Of a stretch of DNA of 64,000 nt, positions 26,947 through 36,400 are shown piece after piece. The translations under genes were made by a program, and so were the position numbers. The notes under the pieces are model-generated. The model searched no databases, was not told the origin of the DNA, and worked only from the letters and a program-made list of their open reading frames with translations. Positions within the stretch are counted from its first letter, which is position 1; the number at the start of each line of letters is the position of its first letter. The DNA comes from a virus, in IMG/VR virus record IMGVR_UViG_3300025666_000003, positions 1-64,000 of that record; one strand, written 5' to 3'.

Positions 26947-27330
26947 ATGAAAAAACAATTAGAACAACTTAAAAAGTTTCATGAAGCTTTTGAACATCCA
27001 GTAGCTGAAAAACCTACATTAGTAGAAAAAAATACTTGGTTTCTTAGAGGAACGCTGCTTGCTGAAGAATTAGAAGAATACGCAGAAGCATGTAATAGTG
27101 GTAATCTTGTAGAAATTGCTGATGCTTTAGCTGACCAATTATATATCTTATTAGGTACTATGCATGTGCATGGTATGGCAGATAAAATGGAAGAAATATT
27201 TGATGAAGTACATAGAAGTAATATGAGTAAATTAGATGAGTATGGAAATCCTATTTATAGAGCAGATGGTAAAATACTTAAAGGTTCTGATTTTTCTGAA
27301 CCTAACATTGCTTCTATAATTACTGATTAA
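26947..27330 (+). CDS. MazG-like/PRA-PH family NTP pyrophosphohydrolase
   Basis: EELEE...EIADALAD.LY, EVHRSNMSK, DGKILKG. Confidence 0.85.
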   Translation: MKKQLEQLKKFHEAFEHPVAEKPTLVEKNTWFLRGTLLAEELEEYAEACNSGNLVEIADALADQLYILLGTMHVHGMADKMEEIFDEVHRSNMSKLDEYGNPIYRADGKILKGSDFSEPNIASIITD

Positions 27331-27366
27331 TAAATTTAATAAATTTAAACATACTATATTTAAACT

Positions 27367-27408
27367 AAAAAGAGAGAAGATGCCTAATGGTGTCTTCTCT
27401 TTTTTTTT
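27367..27408. terminator. Terminator between the convergent gene blocks
   Basis: A-run, AGAGAAGATGCC-TAAT-GGTGTCTTCTCT, T-run; the G-U pairs favour the + strand. Confidence 0.8.
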
Positions 27409-30400
27409 ATTGAAGTTTAGAATTTTCAAATGTTTCTATACTTTTAATAGCTTTAATAGGAGAATAATTCTTTCCTTTAAGTCCAATAGTAGCACCAAAA
27501 TGATTCCATATTTTATAACGTCCTTCTTTTTGCCATTCATATGGACCAGCATCTTGTGAGTATATTGCTTTTTCATCACCACTTAGCATAAGCAATAAAT
27601 CACCAATAATTTTTGCATAATTACCTAATGTTGGACCAAATGCTATAGTAGTATTATTAGTAAATTCTAGCCAATCACCAAGACCCAGACCAGGGATTGG
27701 AATAAAAGCTTCATTCTCTGTTCTAACAGCAATAAGTTGATATAATATATGATTTCCCATATAACCAAACATACCGTATTTATCTTGTCTTTCACGCATT
27801 TTAGCAAATCTATCTTCATCACCTGAATCATATCCAAATAAGAAATAAGTTGCATAAGATAATAAAGCAATAAAAACACCTTCTGCAAATACTTTTCTTA
27901 CTGCAGTTTTTTCTTCAGGTGTCATTAAAGGATAATACTTTTCAGCATCCCATACAACTTTCTTCATTGCTTGTAAAGCACTTATCCAGTAACCTTTTGA
28001 AAGATCACCCATATCCCAATCATATGTATGTTCACCAGTTGTAGTTACATCACTCCAAAAACCTTTTCCTGTTGAACTATACTGAAATCTATTTAAAAAC
28101 ATTGGAACAGCAAATCTTTTATAAAACGTAAATAATCTGTATCCTAAATACTTATTAGCTTGTGCATCATCAACAAGATTATCCATTTGACCATTAAGCT
28201 TTTTACCAATACCCTGTATTTTAAATTTAAAATCTTGGAATTTTTTAGCACTTGATATAATGATTTCATCACCATAATCTAAATCTTCAAGAGCTATTTT
28301 ATTTTTTTTCTTAAGTTCTTCTACTGGTACAGCATATCTTTCTGATATTAGTTCCCAAGTATCACCTTCTATATATGTGTGATTTATTTTTTGATAACTC
28401 CATTCAGGATCTATACCTTCTAAAAGTGTAAGTTGTTGATTTTCATTTAATTTCCATGCATTAATATATTTAACTGATCTTGTCTCACCATTTGGCATTA
28501 CTTGAGTTACATATTTATCATGCATCATAGCTCCAAATACTTGTAAACCTGCTTCAAGATCTGTAAGTCTTCTAAAATCATACATCCAGGTAGCGTCAAA
28601 GAAATCTTTCATAAAAGTTCTTGAACTTGATTTTCCAAAATCTTTACGTGTTTTTCCAGTAATAGGATCAAAGTGTTCCATTAACTGAAGTTCTAAACTT
28701 TTTGGCCCACGTGAGTAGACACCTGTTGCAATCAATTGTGCAACTGCTTTTGCTGACCAAATTCTTCCAGATGCTAATGATTTAAGATTATAATATTTTC
28801 CACCAACTCCTTCAACAATTGATTGAAACATCATACCATATCTATTCTTCATTGCTGAAGTTAAGTCAAGTGCAATAAAAGCTCTACTTGCATTACCCAT
28901 AAGTAGATTTGTTACTTTAACAGCCATTGGATTATCTACTTGAAATTGAGTGTTACCTTGACCATAAAATACTTTATTAACAAGATAATCAACTGCACCT
29001 GCTCGTTTGTTTTCTGCAAGATTTATATTAACAACTTTATTAGCTGCTTTACTCATGTTACTAGAGATCTTATTCATATCTTTTATAACAGTATTTTTAT
29101 TCTCATTTAATGTTTTAGTAATAGATTTTGCAATCGGTTCCAATTCCATTAATGTTTCTTGCTCATTTAATGAGTATAAATAATTATATAAGGATGCTAG
29201 TACATCAGTAGATGTATCTCCTTTTTTAAGTTTATACAAACCTCTTACTGGAACTTTATCAATAGGATTACCTCGCATATCAGTAGGTTCTAACTGTTGA
29301 TTAGCATCAAAATTATGTCCTTCATTATTTTGTTCATAATCTGCTGCATCTTTTTGGACCATTGATTTTATAACAGATTTTAGATTGTCAAATTTTGTTG
29401 CAAATGATTCCTTTGTTTTTCCTGATTGTACAAGCTCAAGTGTTGAGCGCTGTCTAAATCTTGGAAAATCTAAGTATAATTTAGATCTATTTGGCTTATT
29501 GACTTGTAGCTTAAGAAAATTATCTGTAATACTTGTAAGTAACTTAAATTGAGCAACTCCTTCAGCATCATTACGTGCTTCAAGATTTTCATACTCTTTG
29601 TTTATATATTTTGCATCAACTGCTGAATTAGGATTGCCAGGTTCATACTTACGAGGAAGAGGTTGAAAACGATTATCTAAAATAGTTCCTACATAATCAT
29701 TTTTATCTGATCCTGGAGGAATAGTATAATATTTATCTTTTACTTTTGAGAAAGTATATTTCTTATTTGGCACTCCTCTAACTTCAATTGGCTTACCATC
29801 AATTGGATTAATTAAAGTTGTTTTCTTAAAAAATTTTTCTTCACTAGGTAATGTTAATGTCCAAACACTTGTTCGTACCCAAGTTGGTACTTTCTTTTTT
29901 TGTACTTGGTCCCATAACATCATTTGATAATGATTGACATCAAACCATTCTTTAAAAGTTGGATCTGCCAATGCTTGATCTATTAGTAAAGGATTATTTA
30001 TCCAGTCACCTGCATTTTCTTGATTTATTTGATCTATTTCATCACTAGAAAACTCTACAAAACGTTTAGCAAAATTAAATGAATCTACGTAATACTCTGT
30101 AGCCATCATATCTCTTAACTGAGATAATTCTTTATATAACTGACGTTGTCTTGTTACATCTTCTTTACTCATACCTAACGTATTCTGTACGTTAACTAAG
30201 TTTATATATTCTTTTTTTTCTGCTTCTGTTAAAGGATTTGTTTTTTCTTTTATTCTAGTTTCATATGATTCTAAGATATCCATGTCTGCTGCACTTAAAC
30301 CAGTTTTTGAATCAAACTCACCTTTAAGTTTATTAATATCTAATTCTATTTGATGTAGAATTCGTATTTGATTTGGACTTAACTTTTGACCATTAGGTCT

Positions 30401-33391
30401 TCTATCTGTATCTCTGGATAAAGTAACTAAAGCTCTTCGTTGTTTAAATAAATTAGCTAATTCTGCAGCTATTGGTGAGTTAGTTTTATTTCTTTCTGCT
30501 ATTTTATTTAGTTCTGTATATATTTTTCCTGTTTCCTCGTAATACTCATCACTATAACCAATTATAAAATTTCTATCAGTAAACTTTTGTACTGCTTCTT
30601 GAAAAGCTTCTGCATTATCTTCCATGGTTATACCCGCTCCACCTATTTTAGTGTTAACATAAATTTCAAAATCTCTTTGTACTTTTTTTTCATTAGTGTT
30701 AAACTCCATGAATTTAGCAGATTCTTCTTTATACTTTAATCTAACTAAAACTTTACCTAGTGTTTCAGTATCTTTAACAACACCATCTTCAGTATAATAA
30801 CTAAATAATTCATTATATTCTTTTTCAGCAGCTAAGTATTCTGTATTTACATGATCCTCAATGTCTGCCATATTAACATTTTTATAATTGTTCATGGTTC
30901 TTAAGGCAGTCTGTCTTTCAATAAAAGCATCTTGTGAATCAGTTTGACTTACTGTAAAAAGTTTTCCTGTAACTGGATGTTCTACTTGATTAGCTGTTCT
31001 CCATATTTTTCTTACTTCATAGAATTCTTTTTTAAATTCTCTATGCATGTAATCTTCTTCAAATTTCCATATAGCTTCTAAAGCGGTTCTTTCAGCATCT
31101 TTATCTCCATCTATTCTAGCTTTTTCTAAGTCATACTTAAGTTTACCTTGATCAGATCTCCATCCATTACCAAATCTGTTTAAGAATGTGTATACTTCAA
31201 ATGTGTCAAAGGATCCATCTTCTTTTTGAATTGGTACAGTATCTGTAAAAAGCAACATATCAGATAATTGCCTTGTATTATTTGGATTGTAGCCTAATTG
31301 TTTTAAGAAAGGAAGAATATCAGATGCAATATCATTAGCTTGATTATAACTACGTCCTTCAGTTTCTGATAGATTGCTTTTAATAAATCTTGCAAAGCTT
31401 CCAGTAATTGGATCATTCATACTCATATATGGAGTTATCATTGATGTGAATAAACCAATGTCACCTCTCCTACCTTCTATAAAGTCTTTAATTGTATTTC
31501 TGTTAAGTCTTTTAGAATAAAACTCTTGTGCAACATCTTTAAGATACCTAAAGCTTTTGGGAGTATTTGGCAAACCCATTCCTTTTGGTGTTAATACTGC
31601 GTTTTCATTTTCTAAAATTGCTTTTACAGCATTATCAATCTGATCTTGTGTGTACCCATCATTTTTTAAAATACTTTTAATTCTTTCTTCAGCATATTGT
31701 TCAACTGCTTCACTCATATATTCAGTATGTTCAGTAAAGAATTCAGTTGTAAAATCTAACATTAAATTATTAGTAATTTTCTGTGCATTAGAAACTATAC
31801 CTTCTATACTAATAATCTTTTGTGTAAATGGATTCTCTGTTTCAAGATCCATAGCATCTTTTATATCACTAAGAAGTAATGCTTGTCTATTTAAAAATTC
31901 TTGATAATAAATTACTTTACTTATACCAGCTTGAGTTAAATAAGATTTCTTAGTCTTCATTGTTTTAACAATATTTTCTATTTGACTAGAAAATACTTTT
32001 GTTTGTGTTAAACTATTTACAAGAGCAATTGATCTTTCTTTAAATTCTTTTTGCTGAAGCTCCATAGCTAGAGCCATTTTTTCTTCATTAGTTTTACCTA
32101 CAGTTTCATAATCTTTTAGATATTCTTTTATATTAGTAAGAATACTGCTACTACTAGCTAATTCTTCTCTTAATTTCCATGGTGTATTCCTTAACCTAGC
32201 AATCTCTGCCATATTTTCAGAATATGCTCTGTTAAGAGCTTCTTCTAATTTTAATTTATCTTTATCAAAGTTAAGTGTTTCATAAAGTTTTTGCCATTCT
32301 AATTTTACTACTTCTTTAAATTCAGCAAAATCTTTAGGTTTGAGGTTAAGATTTTCTACTATGAAATCTTCACTTACCATCATATTAGCTAATTCTTCTA
32401 AAGTAGTGTTCTCATTAAGTTTGCCTAATACAACTTTTTTTGTTGTCAACTTTCTGATTATTTGCTTAATAGCATAAAGAAGGTTTTTTATAAATTTTTT
32501 AAATCCTTCGTCAGTTTTTGTTAATTCATTTACTTTATGAGTTGCTTTATATTCTAAAGCTGTTACTAAGACTTCCTCCTTAAATCTATCTGATTGATTT
32601 TGACCATATGGATCACTTTCATCAAATTTAAGATTTGGATATCCAGCTTTTACTTGATTAATTACAGTTTCACCATTCTTAGTAAGTGTTAATTGAGTAT
32701 AAAGATTATCAAAAAGTTTTCTATCAGATATAGATATAGCATTAATAAATGGATGCGCAAACTCATGAAGTACATTGGCTACTGTCATTTGACCATCAAC
32801 AAAGTATACTACATTATTATAAAAGAATGCTGGCTGATTATTATATGGTGTAGGTGTATTAGCTAATAATGCTACTGCTTCTTCTGTACTAACCTGATCA
32901 TAGTTTATACCAAAAGCTGCTTTAAACTTATCACCTAGAGCTTTTGCTATTTCATTTGCTTTAAAATTATCAATGCTACTAGCATCATTATTCATTATAT
33001 TCCAATATTGAAATACTTTTTCATTATATAGTTCTCTATTAGTATAATCATAAGTTTTTCCTCCTAACTCCATTCGTCTCATGTCAAGATCTTGAGCTAA
33101 TACATCCATTCTTTTTATTTCAACTTCTTCTGCAAATGAAGTAGCTTCATTCAATTCTAAAATTACTTCATTATCATAGTAATCAGTAATTAAATTTTCT
33201 GAAATAATAATTTGAGCTTCTAAAAGATCTGTTGTACCTACATATCCAAAAGAAAGTACTTTTTCTCTGTAAAGTTTATTCACTGCTGCAGCTACTGATT
33301 TGGCTTTTTTTGGAGATGCACCCATACCTTCAGTTGCTAATTCCTGAATATCATTATACAAACTATCTTTAATTTTTATTCTACAAGGCAT
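27407..33391 (-). CDS. Giant virion/ejection-type protein with a zincin motif, a LysM-like insert and a C-terminal TM segment
   Basis: HEFAH (32753-32767); LysM-like segment 28256-28381; hydrophobic GVFIALLSYATYFLFG; adjacent to the RNAP gene. Confidence 0.8.
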   Translation of the reverse strand: MPCRIKIKDSLYNDIQELATEGMGASPKKAKSVAAAVNKLYREKVLSFGYVGTTDLLEAQIIISENLITDYYDNEVILELNEATSFAEEVEIKRMDVLAQDLDMRRMELGGKTYDYTNRELYNEKVFQYWNIMNNDASSIDNFKANEIAKALGDKFKAAFGINYDQVSTEEAVALLANTPTPYNNQPAFFYNNVVYFVDGQMTVANVLHEFAHPFINAISISDRKLFDNLYTQLTLTKNGETVINQVKAGYPNLKFDESDPYGQNQSDRFKEEVLVTALEYKATHKVNELTKTDEGFKKFIKNLLYAIKQIIRKLTTKKVVLGKLNENTTLEELANMMVSEDFIVENLNLKPKDFAEFKEVVKLEWQKLYETLNFDKDKLKLEEALNRAYSENMAEIARLRNTPWKLREELASSSSILTNIKEYLKDYETVGKTNEEKMALAMELQQKEFKERSIALVNSLTQTKVFSSQIENIVKTMKTKKSYLTQAGISKVIYYQEFLNRQALLLSDIKDAMDLETENPFTQKIISIEGIVSNAQKITNNLMLDFTTEFFTEHTEYMSEAVEQYAEERIKSILKNDGYTQDQIDNAVKAILENENAVLTPKGMGLPNTPKSFRYLKDVAQEFYSKRLNRNTIKDFIEGRRGDIGLFTSMITPYMSMNDPITGSFARFIKSNLSETEGRSYNQANDIASDILPFLKQLGYNPNNTRQLSDMLLFTDTVPIQKEDGSFDTFEVYTFLNRFGNGWRSDQGKLKYDLEKARIDGDKDAERTALEAIWKFEEDYMHREFKKEFYEVRKIWRTANQVEHPVTGKLFTVSQTDSQDAFIERQTALRTMNNYKNVNMADIEDHVNTEYLAAEKEYNELFSYYTEDGVVKDTETLGKVLVRLKYKEESAKFMEFNTNEKKVQRDFEIYVNTKIGGAGITMEDNAEAFQEAVQKFTDRNFIIGYSDEYYEETGKIYTELNKIAERNKTNSPIAAELANLFKQRRALVTLSRDTDRRPNGQKLSPNQIRILHQIELDINKLKGEFDSKTGLSAADMDILESYETRIKEKTNPLTEAEKKEYINLVNVQNTLGMSKEDVTRQRQLYKELSQLRDMMATEYYVDSFNFAKRFVEFSSDEIDQINQENAGDWINNPLLIDQALADPTFKEWFDVNHYQMMLWDQVQKKKVPTWVRTSVWTLTLPSEEKFFKKTTLINPIDGKPIEVRGVPNKKYTFSKVKDKYYTIPPGSDKNDYVGTILDNRFQPLPRKYEPGNPNSAVDAKYINKEYENLEARNDAEGVAQFKLLTSITDNFLKLQVNKPNRSKLYLDFPRFRQRSTLELVQSGKTKESFATKFDNLKSVIKSMVQKDAADYEQNNEGHNFDANQQLEPTDMRGNPIDKVPVRGLYKLKKGDTSTDVLASLYNYLYSLNEQETLMELEPIAKSITKTLNENKNTVIKDMNKISSNMSKAANKVVNINLAENKRAGAVDYLVNKVFYGQGNTQFQVDNPMAVKVTNLLMGNASRAFIALDLTSAMKNRYGMMFQSIVEGVGGKYYNLKSLASGRIWSAKAVAQLIATGVYSRGPKSLELQLMEHFDPITGKTRKDFGKSSSRTFMKDFFDATWMYDFRRLTDLEAGLQVFGAMMHDKYVTQVMPNGETRSVKYINAWKLNENQQLTLLEGIDPEWSYQKINHTYIEGDTWELISERYAVPVEELKKKNKIALEDLDYGDEIIISSAKKFQDFKFKIQGIGKKLNGQMDNLVDDAQANKYLGYRLFTFYKRFAVPMFLNRFQYSSTGKGFWSDVTTTGEHTYDWDMGDLSKGYWISALQAMKKVVWDAEKYYPLMTPEEKTAVRKVFAEGVFIALLSYATYFLFGYDSGDEDRFAKMRERQDKYGMFGYMGNHILYQLIAVRTENEAFIPIPGLGLGDWLEFTNNTTIAFGPTLGNYAKIIGDLLLMLSGDEKAIYSQDAGPYEWQKEGRYKIWNHFGATIGLKGKNYSPIKAIKSIETFENSKLQ

Positions 33392-33411
33392 AATAAAATT
33401 TTTGTTTTGTA

Positions 33412-33424
33412 AATATACTATTTT
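33412..33424 (-). promoter_or_regulatory. Candidate promoter motif (TAGTATATT core)
   Basis: Shares its core with 8443-8458 and 62080-62095; about 20 nt upstream of ATG 33391. Confidence 0.4.
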
Positions 33425-36400
33425 TTAATCGCATTCTGAACCTGATCTTTTTGTTGGAGGTCTACCTGCAGGTTTATTTTCTCCAAATAAGTTAAGTTGT
33501 GTTCCTGGATCAATTGGTCTAAGTTCTTCTCTTACTTCCATAAGTAATTTTGGAAACTCCGTACCCCATCTACTTTTATCTTGAGTATGTGTAAGAACTT
33601 TATTACCTGTAGCTAAAAGTATTTGTAAAGCATTTGGATTTTGTTCAAATGATGATTTTAGTAAATCTTTCATTATTCTAGAAGAGTTATCATCCCAATT
33701 AGTAATATTTAAGCTAGGAATAGTTTTTCCTATTCTTTTAGCTTCTGCTCCAGTAGCAGTAGATAATTTTCTTAAAAATTCATTTCTTTCATTAACAATA
33801 TCTTCTCTAGTTTTTCCTTTAGGGGGAATTTGAAGTGAACTAAAATAATCAGTATATAATAATTTTTCAGCTTGAAAAGCCCCTTCTACGGTTTTAAAAT
33901 TTTCAATTATACCTAAAGCAACTGGCACACTAGATGTTGGTACAAAAGGTCTATTAGCAAAATTACTTAACTCAGCATTTTCGTTAGTACCCGCATATAT
34001 ATTAACAGTCTCACTAGTTGGTTTACTCCAAGTTCCTAATAATTGACCATCTACTGTTACTTCAGAATAATTATATCCCTTAGCTTCCATATTAGCATAA
34101 AGTCTTTTTTCTCCAGTATTATAAGTGCTAGAATCTGTATAAGCTTTATTATCAGTAAGTATTGTTGCTCCAGCTTCTACAGCCTTGATAGCTTCTTTTA
34201 TAGTTCTATCTTGTTGAGTTTTTTGTTGTAACGCAGTACCTCTTTTACCTCCAATAGATACAAATATTACATCATTAGTTGAGTAGTTGCCTGTATTAGC
34301 AAATTCTCCTGCTTGTTGTCTATAAGTTTCTGTAGAACTTCCAGTAATACCTTCACCAAACCCTATATATTGAGTAGCAATACTTGCTTTAATAATTGCT
34401 TTTTTATCAGCAGATTGTATAGGAGTTACAGTAAATAAATTTTTCTTACTAAGCTCACTAGCTGGTTGAGCAAATGTTTTATTCACGGCTTGACTTTTTT
34501 CAGCATTGTGTCTAAGTGTAATACTAAATCTTTTAGACTTGTTACCTTCTGCGTCTATACCATGTTTATAATTAATTTGACCATCTTTACCCATTATTAA
34601 ACCTAGGCCAGACTTCATTGGTATTTCATACCTTTTTCCTCTACCATTAAGAATCATAGTTCTTTCGTCACCAAAACTAATAGTTACAACAGATGGATTA
34701 AGTTTACCCTTATTGTTTAATATTGGTTCATTATCAGTATGGAATCCTATTTTTTGACTACCATCCTTATATTCATTTATAAGAGCCATGTCAAAGTAAC
34801 CTTTTTCAAAACCTAATTCTGTTTCTATTTTAGAAATTAACCTTTGAAGTTCAGGACTTCCTATATTAGCAGATCTTGTAGTTCCAGAATAAGAATAAGC
34901 AGTATCAGAAAAATACATACTTCTCCTACCTTTACCAAACTTATCACTGGCCTTATGCTCAGTCTCGTAAGTATTCTTATATAATTTTTCTATAAAATTA
35001 AATATTTGTTCAGACTCTTCTTTATTAAATACTTGCTTAGTAAATACTTCAGCATCTTCAACATCTACTTTTGTTAAACCTTTTGTATTTACTAAACCAT
35101 TTGTTAATAGTGTAGCTATATCCAGATCTTCAATTACTTGATTTCCCTGTAATATTTTTTCATTTTTATTATTAAATTGTATTCCCGTAGATAAATCAAC
35201 ATTATCAATGTATACTTCTCCTGTAGCTTGATCAACAAGACTATATAGTTTACTTTTAGGAATTAACATCCATTTAGATGATTGAGGAGCTCTTTCATTT
35301 TTACCAGTATTGGTGTTATAAAATGCTTTAAATATAGTTGACGATGTAAAGAATGCTTTAGGTAAACTTCCATTACTTTTTCTTACATACTCATTGAACG
35401 ATTGAACATCTGTATCATTAATAATTTTACTTCCTCTAACAAGCTGAGTTGGTTCTATAGGTGTTGTAAAAATGCTTTCAGATTCTAATACCTTATCTTC
35501 AGGATCCTCTGATCCTTCATATCTATTGACAGCTGCTGAATCTATTAACTCATATAGTATTTGAATACCTTTATTTGATTCACTAAAGCCTGGATTTCTA
35601 TGCTTTGCCCCATATTCAAATGACCATCCTTCTAATTTACTCCAGTCTTCTATTTCTTCATCAGACATTTTTGAAAAATCAATTAGCCTTTTATCAGTCA
35701 CTTTAACTAATAGCATTTGACCTTCACCAATTTTGTCTCCTGACCAAAATTTAATTATTTGTCCAGGTTTTGCTTTAGCCCAATATGCATATGCATCATT
35801 AGTGTAATATCTAGTAGTGGCTGTTCTTTCACCTTGTAAGATAGCTTCAAATGTATTATCTGATACTACGTCATCTCTTTTATTATCACCATACTGAAAT
35901 GACATGGTACCTTCTTTATCAGCTTTATTATAACCATTGTACTCTTCTTCAGATACTACGTAATCTTTATACTTATCTTTTGAAAGTAGTCTACCGTATA
36001 TAATTTCTAGTGTATTATCATTAAGTTGATTTTGCATAAAGCTATTAGATGCATCTTGCATAATATCTGTAAAATCTTGAAATGGTAAAGCTGCATTAAA
36101 TCCATTTTTACTATATCCTATACCATGTTGGTATAACATCACAAGTGGAAACATTTTAAATAATTTACTTATATATGCATTATCTTTTTTATCAGCTTTG
36201 GCATTACCAGTAGATACTTTTTTAATATTAACATCTGCTAATTCTTTTAAATTATGATAATAACTAGATGCCAAGTCCCCTTCTACTCTATTTTTATCTG
36301 CTAATGTAAGTACTTTATCATCACCAATAGTATCAGCAGGTGTAAGTTGTTGAAGTACAGGATACTTAACTTTCAAACTTGGAAAATCTTTTATAACATC

